Below are positions 32,101 through 42,800 of a stretch of 64,000 nucleotides of DNA, piece after piece. A model generated the notes under the pieces. The model had not been told where the DNA came from and ran no database searches. It was given only the letters and a program-made list of their open reading frames with translations. Each line of letters opens with the position of its first letter. Positions within the stretch are counted from its first letter, which is position 1. Origin of the DNA: a virus; the IMG/VR virus record IMGVR_UViG_3300028042_000004; one strand, 5' to 3'. Position numbers and translations under genes: made by a program.

Positions 32101-35100
32101 ACATATAGTAATAAATGTCCAACAGGGCCTTATCATTGCCCTCAACCATATCCATAACAACATCTCTCAGATATCTGTCAGTTTTTTTTATATTAATTCC
32201 TAATGTATCATTTACAGCAGATAATTTATTCTTACCACCATGGGCCTCTATCTTACCAACAACATCTTTTATAGCAGCTTTAAGCACTATCCTATCGTCT
32301 TCAGATAACTCAACTTCTTGTGCAGAAGTAACTATTTTACCTAAATCACCGTTCTTTAGATTATTACGTAAAGCATTCTCATCAAGATCAGCAAACGTAG
32401 TCCTAGAGTGTACTTGATCCTTACCTCTAAGTTTGTACTTCACAGTATGGGTGAAGTTAAAAGGATCTATTTTAAGCCTCTTTCTTTTTACAGAGGTAAT
32501 GCTTTTATTAAATATAGGAACGATAATGTTTTTCATCTCACCATCCTTCTCATATCCTTTTATAATAAGTACATCAGTTACTCCGTCTTTCTTAGTCTCT
32601 TCTACAAGCTGTTGTATACTCTTCTCATCCTGCATAAAGTCATCACCAACTATCATAACCTTAGGATAATCAGCATTAATCTGTAAAGGTATAGGGCCTC
32701 CAGTATCTTTTTTGTATGAAAATATATTTAATACTCCCTCCTTAGTAAGATGACTTAATGGTTTTTTATCATCCATCTGGTAAAGTAGTATTGTAGCCTT
32801 CTCACCAGTTTTTACATCGTGTATATCAGTAATATTACCTTCAATCTCTGCATCCCCAATCATTTTAGAATACTTCTTATCCCAAATAACTTTAGCCCCA
32901 TGGATAGTTCCAATCATCTTGATTGTAGTAGCATATACAGCAATACCATCCTTACCTTGTAATGCCTCTTCTTCTGCAAGCAGTCCAAAATAAAACGATT
33001 CTCCATCATATACATTAAAGTCTATCTTTTTTATATCCCCTAAATCAGCCTCTTCTTCAGACTTTTTAAGTTTACCAGCAAGATCAACTAAAGCATTCAT
33101 AATAGTAAAACTCATCGCAGTATTAATCTCAATAGCTGCGTCTACATTTCCAAAAGCACTTTGTATACTATCTCTAACAGCATTTAAAAGATAATGATCA
33201 TATCTCTTTATTATAGAGGTATTGAATCTTCTTCTGATGCTCTTCTCTTTTTCTGCATCAATTCTCTTTTTCTCTACTTTCTCAATCTCTATAGCCTTAT
33301 CATCCTCGTTCATATCATAAGACTCTATAAGTGCTATACGTTCGTCTATAATACTATTCACAGTCTTTATATATGAGCTCACCTCTTCATTAGATGCATT
33401 CATTTTGTCAGTGAATTCTTTTAACATTCTATTTCTGTTAAAAACACCATTATCATAGAATCTGCTAGAATCTAATATAATACCGTCCTTCATGATACTG
33501 GCTGTAAGTATATTCAATAAGTCAATATCAAAGTCACCACCTGTAGTAACAAGGTGAGATGTAGAGGCCATTGAACTATTTCCTTGTGCATTCAGGAACG
33601 CTACAACATGTGCATTAAATCCAGACTGCATTGATTGCCCTGGAGTTCTTGATGCATTAACATCTATTGCTTTAACAAATGATTTCGCCTTATCAATTAC
33701 GTATTTAGCTGAAGCATCCTCTAGTATAGAGTTTATTTTTGATATATGCTGTGCAGTAACTACTCTCTCACCATCAACATCTATCGCTATATTCTTTATA
33801 ATTCCTAATATATTGATAACATAGTCAGACCCATCTCTAAGAAAAGCAGATGAAAATCTTCCCATAAGGGCATCAAAATTTATATCCTCATTCACTCTTC
33901 TAAAAGCCCCTGCTTTTTTAGTAAATTTCAAATTCTTTCTAAAATATCTTACAGCACTCGCTATCTGCTTTTCAGTATCTAGTGAGAAACCTATGATATC
34001 GTTTATAATAACACCGTCCTTACTAAGTCCAAATGCAGATGCCATATATGCTGGTAGTATAATTTCTGGTGGTATAACTTCCCATATTGGGTCGCCATTA
34101 TCATCTCTCTCTGTAAGTATTTGATACAGAACAGCTTTAGCCTCCATTACTTGTTTCTTAGTAGTCCTTTTGTTTCTCATCAATCTATGTAGATTTTTGA
34201 AAGCACTCATCTCTTCTATAGAAGATCCCTCACTATTTTTATATTGGTACCATCTTAAACTATACTTCTCTTGAACATATGGCTTTATCATACCTGCAGC
34301 TATCATACTCTCTATAGCAGATTCGCTGTAATTCTCTTTCATATGCCATATATAAGCCACATTCTTCTTACCGTTAAAGTCTATATCAACCATTGTAGAA
34401 GGGTTCTGAGCATTAAGCTCGTCCATTGTTTTATATGGACCATCTATATCTGGATTAACATCTGGTGTGATTATATATGATATTGTAAGTGATGGGTCAT
34501 TAAGATCTACTCTAAATGCCTCTAATACCTCAGTTCCTGTATGTGATGTAACTTTTACAAGATCAAGAGGTGTTATGAATCTATTGATATTAATTATACC
34601 TTCTTTATCTCCTCCTACAAATGTAGCAAGAACTGCACCATCCTCTTGTTTTCTAGCCCTAAGGTTAGTTCTCATAAATACTCCTCTAGAGACTCTTCCA
34701 CCTCTAAAGTTAAATATCTTAGCAGTCTTATGTGGAGTAGATACTACTGCCTGGAAACCACTATGTCTTATCTTCACTGTCTGCTTAAACAAACTAGAGC
34801 GTAATGTAGAAAGTACCCTTTTTTGAACAGCTGGGGAATCTAGTGATAGACCAGAATCCTTTATAACTTGCTCAATAAGTCTACTATCAGCGTTCTCATT
34901 AAAAGCCATCTCCGCTATTTGAGTAATACCCTCACGTATAACACTATTAAATAGTACAATTTGCTCAGAATTAAGTCCTTTAGTAGTAAGTTTACCACTA
35001 TCAAATCCTTCTATAATAGAATTGAACAGCTCTGGAGATAATGATATCGCCTGAAGTTCTCTTGCTATATTAGAAAAGTCTTTAGCCAGTGCATGTCTAT

Positions 35101-38100
35101 GGATATCCGCTAATGCAGCCATAGAGTTTTGTATATTAAATGAGGCATCCTCAGAGTTACCACCAGCAGATATGGATCCAACAAGCTGTGTAAGTAGCGC
35201 TAATGCAGACCCACCAGTCACATCGTACTCATGTGCTTTTGATAGTAATTCATAGTTATATTCATGCTTTGTATTATAAAGATTGAATTTCTTTTTATTA
35301 GTATTATTTTGATTAAATACGTCATCAAAATCATTATAAGCATAATTACCATTTTTTTGTACGGTTTCAAATGTAACATAACCAACAAAACTATTAAGAT
35401 TTACTGGGTACTTCATAAGCACATCAAGTATCTGCTCCCATATATCTGTCTCACTTGTATGATTACCCTTTTTAAGGAAATGTGTGTAAAGCTCATGAAG
35501 ATTTTCAAACCTATCATAACCATCTTCACCTACTTCCATCCACGGCTGTTTAAAAGGCACAGCTGTATTCATTGATTTGAATGATTCCCAAAGTTCAACA
35601 CCACCAAGCTCTCTCATTTGTTCAAAAGAGAAAGGTATCTGATTAGATTTCTTTTGAAGTTGTTGTCTAAACCTGTTGTAATTGAAAGATGTAGTCAATG
35701 TTTTAAGAGCTTCATAATTATTTGTATGGAATGCTCCAAACTCCTTACCTCTAGCATAGTCCATAATAAGATGAAGCAGAGGGTGCATATATTGAACACC
35801 ATCAGAATTGTCCTGATTAAAGTTCATATGATTAATAAGGTTAGTATACGAAACTGGGTCAGTAACAAGTAGTGACGGTATCATATCAGGCATAACAATA
35901 TGAGTATCTTCTTCATTTTCTGTAAACATATCAGATAAAACAGAAGGCTCTAATCTAACTGTGCTCACCTCAACTGAAGAGTATTCTGCTATTTTACCAG
36001 TAGACGCAGGATTATCATATCTATTTGTATTTATAGATCTGTTATATGCGCTCATAATACTTTCAGCTAATGCCATAACAAATGAACTGTCCTCTATCTC
36101 AACAGTACCATTAAAGACCCCATTTATAGTATCTTTATTAACTGTTATTTCTCTATTTCCAACATTCATTGTAAAAGAATAATCACTTCCATCTTCACTG
36201 TATGTGAAATAGCTACCATTCTTCTTTACAAGTATGCCAAGTGCGGCCAACTCTCCAAGAGTCTTTCCTTCAAATTTTGGGAAAGTATATATAAGCTCAA
36301 GCTCCAGATCATCGCTATCTGGATCAGCATCGTCCTCAATAATCTCTACATACTTAACAGCGTTATTATCTGCTGCTTCTTCTTTTAATCCTATATAAGT
36401 ATCTGATTGTAAGTATCTTGTCCCGTTAGTAGTATTAGACTGCCCTCTCTTATTTTGGGCTTTAATCATACCATCTACTTCTTCTTTACCAGTAGTAACA
36501 CCACTATCTATATCAGCATAGTAAGCGTGTATAGACTTATGATTTTTGTTATATTTTCCTGGGAAAGCTGATTCATCTCCCATAGTCATTACTTTTGCTG
36601 CATGTCCATAAACTGTCCCAGCAATGAACATTCTAACAAATATCTCATCAGTAGCGGCCATAAGACCAGACTTTTTACCACCAGCTCTAGATTTAGCATC
36701 TGAGTACTCTTTCTTAATAAGTTTACTATCTACATTCTCTTTAATAAGAAGAGCTTTATATTTTTCAATAGCCTCATCAAGTATCTTCTCACCATTATTC
36801 CTAAAAGCCGCTGCACGTACCCCTAAATGTGGCTTTATATAGATATGATCACCTCCAGATAGAGTTATTAAATCAGCTTTAACTTCAAGTTTAGACTCGC
36901 TATACATAACAAGCTTTTTATTCAATTTAATAATTTCAAGCTTTTCATTTATAAGCCTAGACATATCTCCTTTAGCATTACTAAAGTCTGTATCCATAAG
37001 ATGAGCACGAAGCTCTTTAAGTGCATCTACTCTTGCTTCAACATCTTCTCCGCCTTCTTTTCTTATAGCAGCCTCAAGCATTTTAAAATCACCCCCTATA
37101 AATAGTTTAAGGTCCCTTATGATTATTCTCTGCATGTCTTCATTCTTCTGTGCAAAGTAGTCAATATAGATAGCCCTCATTTTCTCTTCAGTACCTTCTT
37201 CCATAGAGAAGATATTAAAATCATCTAGCTGCATTTCAACAAGTTGTGGATTACTTTTATCCGCATACCCTAATGGCTGTGTAGCAAATCTACTACCAAG
37301 CATTTTCTCTCTTGCTGGCATTTGTATAAATCCACTAAGCATTTCAAATTCAAGTCGTTTACCAACTCCCCATTCAGAAACCTTCAAAGTCTCTCCTCCC
37401 TTAGTCATAGGAGTTTTAATGAAATACCCTTTAATCTCTGCTCCTGGTATAACAGCATTATCCATAAAAGGATTAAATCTCTGCTCCACACCTGCTTTTT
37501 TAGCTGCTAGCTTATACTTATCTAGCTGGATATTCATTGATCCATTTCTATTTGGTAAAGATGTAGCGGATCTTTTATTTCCACCAACTACAACACTTCC
37601 CATAATCTCTGGAGAAAACATTGGCAATATGTATGCAATATTATCAGCAGACATTACATCAGTGGGCTTCACATTAGCATAGTCATTATGTTTAACTTCA
37701 GATATGTCTTTATCTCCTAAGGACTTTGTATATTTTACATTACCTTTATTAGATCTACCAGTAGTCTTTATATTGTAAGCGGCAATTTCAATGATGTCTG
37801 AAAAAATCTTTAAGAATTTTCTTTCAACATCTTTTCCTTCTTGCTCTGTATCGTTAACAAATTTATAGATGTCAGCAGCTAATCTACCAAGACCTAGGCC
37901 TTTCATAAATCTTTGTGCTTCTTCTATTGTATCAATATCTTTAAGTTTCTTGCTACCATCATTACCTGTAGGAAGCTCCTTTTTAGCCTTATTTATAGGA
38001 CTATTAAGCAATGTGATCACATTATACCTAATATGTATTTTAGACGCAATAGAGTCATTTGTATACCCTTTATTAGTAAGGAATAAAACAAGACTATCAT

Positions 38101-39865
38101 CTAATATATACTCACTCTTTGTAAGTGTGGCAGTGACAGTAGCTTTTGTACGCCCATCTTTCGACTCTAGATATTTTTCTTGCATCTTTGAAATAAGAGC
38201 AGAAGCGAAAGCGTTTGCTATGGCATCATTTCTCTTATCATGTCTTGATAGAAGAGAGAAAATTTCTTTACCATCAACAGTCATGGACTTGTCATTAAAC
38301 ATATGAGCAAGCAATGAATTAGCTATATAGGCATGTTTTCTATTTCCTTTCTCTGCTATCTTCTGTAGACGGGCCTTTAAAGATTTTACATCTGGTTCTA
38401 TCTGTCCCATATGTGGAGCAATCTCATGGAAATCCTCCATTGTAAGTCTTTCCTTTGTATAGGTATATACCTGTCTAGTACCATCATCAGTAGTAATAGT
38501 AGTAGTATCTACACCTTTAACAAGAGATATTATATTATTTATAAACGCGGTACCTTGATCTAGCGTATTAGCTGTATCATTATCACCACTCCATCCTTTA
38601 CTCGCATTGTTCTTAGTATTCACAACATATGAAGGAATAGGAGAAATATCTACCATATCACCATCAATGTTCATTATATAATAAGCATCATCATTAACAA
38701 CATGATATACAGTATTAGGTAGCACATCAACTCTATTTAGAAAATCTGCGGTATCTGATTTTACAGTCTCAAAATCTGCTACAGCATCAAAGGCCCCGTC
38801 AACATATTCATTCTCTATGATAGGAGAAGATCCTTTCACAGCCTCAGCCATGGCATCTAGATTTATTCTAATACCATCATCAAGAGCTTCAAAAAATACT
38901 TCAGCGCTCTCTCCATACCCATCAGTATTATCTGGTTTCTTATGACTTCTAACAACTACTTTAATTATATTTTTTAATACAAAATCAAACTCATTATAAA
39001 ATACATCATGGAAATACCTACTTTTTAAAGCATCGCTAAGAAGTAATTGAGCTTTAAGATCATCTGGTATATTACCATCAGCATCTGCCTCATTATATCT
39101 AGCCACAGCTTTTTTAGCTATTTTCTCTGCATATATTTCATTACGTATCTCATTCATAATAACATTCACATCTACTACAAACCCGTTACCCTCTTTAGAG
39201 AAATCAGCTAGTCTATCAAGTACCTTATCCTGCACAAAATTTACAAATTCTATACCTATACTAGACATTCCTTTAAAGTATACACTAAGGAATGATGCCC
39301 AGTTATCAGATGAGCTATCGGCTACACCATTGGTAAGTTCTAGAAGATTTACTTTCTTTCTAGCTAAATCTGACGAAGAGTCGTCTATAGTCTCTTTAAC
39401 TTTTACAGATGTAGTAACCTCTGCAGCAACTTCTTCATCAGCAAATATGTCAGTATCAAATGAAGTAAATGCACTAAACGCATCATCCCCAAAAGTACCA
39501 TCAAATGTTGCTACATCCAATGTTTCTGCGACAGCCTCTTCACTCTCAAAAGATTTAACCATCTCTTCGAATGTAGAAAATTTACGAGAAGTCATTGCCT
39601 CTATATTACTATCAACATCTATCCCAAGGGCCTCTATACCCTCTTTTAGATTTGTAGATAACAAGCTCCCCTCAACAAGGTACTCATTTTTTATAATCTC
39701 CCCATTAGCTTCCCATCCCATGGCATAGAAAAACACACCCTCTTTGATACTAACATCTGCGGCAGATATAAGTGCCTTAAGTGATTCCTCCTTCTTTGAA
39801 AATGGTATAGGAGCAATTGATAGTTTTGCAATATCGTCTATCAGATTTAAAGTACATTTTTTCAT
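29105..39865 (-). CDS. crAss-like virion-associated single-chain DNA-dependent RNA polymerase
   Basis: Catalytic loop GGDFDID (DFDID at 33521-33535) preceded by SRTPGQSMQS; AVDNAKE motif downstream; middle gene of three giant ORFs as in crAss-like phages. Confidence 0.88.
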   Translation of the reverse strand: MKKCTLNLIDDIAKLSIAPIPFSKKEESLKALISAADVSIKEGVFFYAMGWEANGEIIKNEYLVEGSLLSTNLKEGIEALGIDVDSNIEAMTSRKFSTFEEMVKSFESEEAVAETLDVATFDGTFGDDAFSAFTSFDTDIFADEEVAAEVTTSVKVKETIDDSSSDLARKKVNLLELTNGVADSSSDNWASFLSVYFKGMSSIGIEFVNFVQDKVLDRLADFSKEGNGFVVDVNVIMNEIRNEIYAEKIAKKAVARYNEADADGNIPDDLKAQLLLSDALKSRYFHDVFYNEFDFVLKNIIKVVVRSHKKPDNTDGYGESAEVFFEALDDGIRINLDAMAEAVKGSSPIIENEYVDGAFDAVADFETVKSDTADFLNRVDVLPNTVYHVVNDDAYYIMNIDGDMVDISPIPSYVVNTKNNASKGWSGDNDTANTLDQGTAFINNIISLVKGVDTTTITTDDGTRQVYTYTKERLTMEDFHEIAPHMGQIEPDVKSLKARLQKIAEKGNRKHAYIANSLLAHMFNDKSMTVDGKEIFSLLSRHDKRNDAIANAFASALISKMQEKYLESKDGRTKATVTATLTKSEYILDDSLVLFLTNKGYTNDSIASKIHIRYNVITLLNSPINKAKKELPTGNDGSKKLKDIDTIEEAQRFMKGLGLGRLAADIYKFVNDTEQEGKDVERKFLKIFSDIIEIAAYNIKTTGRSNKGNVKYTKSLGDKDISEVKHNDYANVKPTDVMSADNIAYILPMFSPEIMGSVVVGGNKRSATSLPNRNGSMNIQLDKYKLAAKKAGVEQRFNPFMDNAVIPGAEIKGYFIKTPMTKGGETLKVSEWGVGKRLEFEMLSGFIQMPAREKMLGSRFATQPLGYADKSNPQLVEMQLDDFNIFSMEEGTEEKMRAIYIDYFAQKNEDMQRIIIRDLKLFIGGDFKMLEAAIRKEGGEDVEARVDALKELRAHLMDTDFSNAKGDMSRLINEKLEIIKLNKKLVMYSESKLEVKADLITLSGGDHIYIKPHLGVRAAAFRNNGEKILDEAIEKYKALLIKENVDSKLIKKEYSDAKSRAGGKKSGLMAATDEIFVRMFIAGTVYGHAAKVMTMGDESAFPGKYNKNHKSIHAYYADIDSGVTTGKEEVDGMIKAQNKRGQSNTTNGTRYLQSDTYIGLKEEAADNNAVKYVEIIEDDADPDSDDLELELIYTFPKFEGKTLGELAALGILVKKNGSYFTYSEDGSDYSFTMNVGNREITVNKDTINGVFNGTVEIEDSSFVMALAESIMSAYNRSINTNRYDNPASTGKIAEYSSVEVSTVRLEPSVLSDMFTENEEDTHIVMPDMIPSLLVTDPVSYTNLINHMNFNQDNSDGVQYMHPLLHLIMDYARGKEFGAFHTNNYEALKTLTTSFNYNRFRQQLQKKSNQIPFSFEQMRELGGVELWESFKSMNTAVPFKQPWMEVGEDGYDRFENLHELYTHFLKKGNHTSETDIWEQILDVLMKYPVNLNSFVGYVTFETVQKNGNYAYNDFDDVFNQNNTNKKKFNLYNTKHEYNYELLSKAHEYDVTGGSALALLTQLVGSISAGGNSEDASFNIQNSMAALADIHRHALAKDFSNIARELQAISLSPELFNSIIEGFDSGKLTTKGLNSEQIVLFNSVIREGITQIAEMAFNENADSRLIEQVIKDSGLSLDSPAVQKRVLSTLRSSLFKQTVKIRHSGFQAVVSTPHKTAKIFNFRGGRVSRGVFMRTNLRARKQEDGAVLATFVGGDKEGIININRFITPLDLVKVTSHTGTEVLEAFRVDLNDPSLTISYIITPDVNPDIDGPYKTMDELNAQNPSTMVDIDFNGKKNVAYIWHMKENYSESAIESMIAAGMIKPYVQEKYSLRWYQYKNSEGSSIEEMSAFKNLHRLMRNKRTTKKQVMEAKAVLYQILTERDDNGDPIWEVIPPEIILPAYMASAFGLSKDGVIINDIIGFSLDTEKQIASAVRYFRKNLKFTKKAGAFRRVNEDINFDALMGRFSSAFLRDGSDYVINILGIIKNIAIDVDGERVVTAQHISKINSILEDASAKYVIDKAKSFVKAIDVNASRTPGQSMQSGFNAHVVAFLNAQGNSSMASTSHLVTTGGDFDIDLLNILTASIMKDGIILDSSRFYDNGVFNRNRMLKEFTDKMNASNEEVSSYIKTVNSIIDERIALIESYDMNEDDKAIEIEKVEKKRIDAEKEKSIRRRFNTSIIKRYDHYLLNAVRDSIQSAFGNVDAAIEINTAMSFTIMNALVDLAGKLKKSEEEADLGDIKKIDFNVYDGESFYFGLLAEEEALQGKDGIAVYATTIKMIGTIHGAKVIWDKKYSKMIGDAEIEGNITDIHDVKTGEKATILLYQMDDKKPLSHLTKEGVLNIFSYKKDTGGPIPLQINADYPKVMIVGDDFMQDEKSIQQLVEETKKDGVTDVLIIKGYEKDGEMKNIIVPIFNKSITSVKRKRLKIDPFNFTHTVKYKLRGKDQVHSRTTFADLDENALRNNLKNGDLGKIVTSAQEVELSEDDRIVLKAAIKDVVGKIEAHGGKNKLSAVNDTLGINIKKTDRYLRDVVMDMVEGNDKALLDIYYYMLGKDSTVDTQSQFMSSAVDNAKELILSKIRANSFTNAIVTTMMVLGYDPKVIVEFLHDPQMSKVIEALKKRRSDFESIFLSKSLFSTMKGVSVSSDYIKSILSLLEVSAEIHNLRSVKGLNENFKPEQFEMDRIRKNISYNKLYDAVIDDDISKVPLATSKSSPGKHILNPEMIIFLHTQSAALFVNVFEVENTILPAVSHIVKYLYEFSGGRHTEDVYRRLNSYISEGQVMMFLKAGIDGQPYTGKIFLDNGNKMDVNLDSNGGREKFVAGFKDYFLTSIENIKSLSGGTDNKLFSYMSSVNPINSDFSIINMPILNKSQPDMVELGTVKEAIEELKIETGDELLDAANLELYRNLMMYSLIVNAGKIQKNSMVELFPEISLDLSRYLNTLKKKDYAKLKISSKEVFDIVRGTLKDRKDTVKYLRKKNSGNNTSFDDFFDDAAQQFLIEGVDDVDSYEGTVDEGDDIVLTPEEQAAADKAEANRIKKEAMKKKKESPNALLVNSIYSVDGQPVIGVNTSYPSFRIVPSGPNEALPISFVSDVSKISTISEGILSDLALAKHTIGLTTSFGTNGRVLAFNGTREIRKKTVETYMILDDGMLYDVPGNLIMDMDEDIFLSGNVIERINARNIVARGKKDKIIIRWNELKLLDNSIRAISVKGFTVNKSLVDVGIDTATAMLMETEEKADIMMLDADNMAVLSYEGFKMNGAYKEFISSDKVEKAKFNTNSLSSIKSKKTSFLVPTIMGKVEKKRISKDAKKDRNKMFGNILGVMNSMKEGDEISLIGSEGVGLIANREDFRMGGSAIIKNFFQKYFKATGLEVGIHSFPGFILEISDMLPESVDLSGLSYRIIKTSNDMQFVTRYNGEDITIRTYIDAKGSVGLRNAKDYSETFKLGLLNDGIVTNIKYKVSNFPREFKEAGLTNAVAVLEMYGKKYIKTFEKVMQDGKEVKKIQYYSVIARDIKVARMNKKSISIPNDVNDELDNIIAKNTFTNNKYC

Positions 39866-39871
39866 ATTGTA

Positions 39872-42800
39872 TTAATTACATTTTAATATTAAATCAATTA
39901 AGTTATCTATTGTGGCCATATATCCTTCAGTGGATCTTGCCTTAGTAGCATCTTCTTTCATAGCATATGCTATATCTTCCATAGATGCTGTCACGTCTTC
40001 TATATAATCATCTGGCCCAATAACAGAGGCAAGCTTTGTATGGAAGTCATTCATTATTTTCTTTCTAACTATAGAAGTCTTTATGAAATCCTTTTCAACA
40101 ATTGCTACCATATCTACAGCATCCTCATTCACAAGAGCATCTCTCATATCTGTAGTAATAGTATAGTCAGTAGAAAGACTTATTTCTCCAGCAAAAACAG
40201 CTGCAGAATCTATCTCAGTCTCTATATTATTGTTATTAGTTTCTTTAACACTATTAAGAGCCTCTTCCATTTTCGTTACAAGCTCTTTCATTTGTGCTAG
40301 TTGATCACTAGTATATCCTTCATAATTACCTTCCTCAACCTTCTTAACTGTGGATATCATAGCCTTTAATGACTTCTCTACAAACTCTATAGCAGACTCT
40401 GTTCCCATCATCTTCTTAAGTTGCTCTACTGTACCAACACCATACTTATCTGAAAACACAAAACTTGCTTTCATAATTTCATTCATAGGTATTTTCTTGG
40501 TATCTGTCTTCACAACTTTTTTCTTTATAATCTTTTTTCCAGGAGCAACAACAATATTTGGCGATATATCCCCTATTATACTTCTTTTCAAAGCAAACTT
40601 AGGATCATCTATAGATACTGTAGATGTAGATAAGTCTTCATCTAGACCAGAAAATGCTTTACCAAGTTCTATAAAAGGAGTATTCAATGTACCTTCTAAG
40701 ACCGTGAATTTAAACCTAGTTCCTGTCTCTGCATACAGCTTATCCAACGCTGTGAAGAAACTGTCTGGCGATGTTTTACCAAGAATAACAGATAAATTTA
40801 AAGCATAACTGTTATATGTTCTTATATACACTCTATTACCATCATCTAAATCAGCTACAGCTGTTACTGCAAGATCTGTTAAGAAATCAATAATATCTTT
40901 ATCTCCTCCTACAACAATTCTTTCTAGTATCTCTATAGCCTTTTTTCTCTGTCCTTCACCAACCTCTTTTTCAAAAGACTTTCTAACCTTATCAATAAAC
41001 CCTTTACCAGCATCTGTAAGATTATCATACTTATCTGAATCAGCGTCATAATAATGAAGCATAGCTAACTGAGCTACATAACTAGCCATATTTGGCATAG
41101 AAGGCACAGTTGCACCAAGATCATTGTATACAGCCATTATATCCTTAGCTTTCACATCAACTTTGAAAGGCATAAGTCCTATAGTAACTTCTACGCCATT
41201 AAGAACGAATGTTATCTGCTTATTATTGCTTAGAACATTTTCTTTTTTAATAGCGTCTTTTACCTCTTTAGACTCTAGGTCAACATTAGGACTGTAGGTA
41301 TATAGATAGAAATATGCTCCTCTATCAGATGCATCTGTATTAACTTGATATGGCTTCTTACTGAAAATAACTCCAGCCTCTTTCAGCTCTTTAATACTCT
41401 TACCCTTTTTACTACCGTTTGCTAGATTAATTCTGGATGCTCTCATTATTATTCCATCCTTATCTAACTTACTAGTAATAAATATTTGATTATCACCAAC
41501 AGTCTCTACACCATCACCCTTCTTAAATACTCTGTCTATCTGTTTAGATAATTCCAGTACTGTTCCAGTAGCTTTACTAAATATAAAAGCAGATACAATA
41601 TACTTCTTTCCTCCAAATGTAGCTACTAAATAAGCACTCTTATACTTACCTTTAATTGCTACAACCTGATATGAGGTGGCCCCCATAGTATCTTTAATTT
41701 TTTTCAACGTAGCTGCATCAGCCACTTCTATTTTATTAGTAGCCATGTAGCTTTTAAAATCAGTTGAAAAATATCTTGGGTTAACATCGGCAGTATATAC
41801 CTGCCCTTTTCTAACTCCTTTTTCTATATCTATAATATAACTATCAAGTGTATTATCGCTCCTATTATATAAATGCGCCCCTTTTCCTTTCTTTCCTTTT
41901 TTCTTAGCGGGAAATAGCTCATTCACTAGTTTAAGTGCTACGGCTGCATACTTTCTTCTTTTCTCCATCTCCTCATTAGTGCCAACATAATTGTCTTTAC
42001 TATTAAGAATACTGTATAAAGATTTTCTTACCTCTGTATAATTATCAGACCCAATATCTAAATATAATAAGAACGCATCAAGTCTTTCTTTCTTTTTATC
42101 AATAGAAGTTTTAGCACGTAATGTATTTTTTGCTTCTTTTGCTAAATTTAATAGGGCATTAACAACAGAATTAAACTCATATCTATTTATAAGATCGTTA
42201 AAATGGTCCACAAGTTCTCCACCAACTGTAAGAGTATCCGCATCTCCTTTAGCCATTTTCTCCAGCTCAGCTATTACAGCATCTATTTCAGCTAATGTCT
42301 TCCCTTTATTTATAAGAAGATTGAAATCACTTATCATATTATCTGTAGGATCAATTGCTGGTAATTTAGTAGCAGGAAAATCTATGTTAACAAACAATGG
42401 TCTAAATACATCCATAAAATACTTGAAGTCTACTGTTACAGCATAGTTCTTAGTAGTATCAAATGTATTAAGCTCATTCACAAGTGTAGAGAAAATATCA
42501 TAAAATGCAGTCTCTTCATCCTCACTTAATAATAAGAATCCTCCATCAAGCATTTTTATTATATAAGCAAGCTCCTCAATTTTTTTAGCTACTGCTGGGT
42601 CCTTAGAATCTCCCTCATAATACTTTTTAAATGAGCTTCGTAAAGAATCATCAAGTTCTAACTTCTTTCTTTTAGTTTCTGCGGCTTCTTTATTATTAGC
42701 CTCCTCCTTAGTCATAAGATATCCTTCAGCCCTAGAAATAACTCCAGTAGAGAAATCAGCCAATGATTTAGAAGGCATCTTCTTTCTTGCAAAATTCTCT

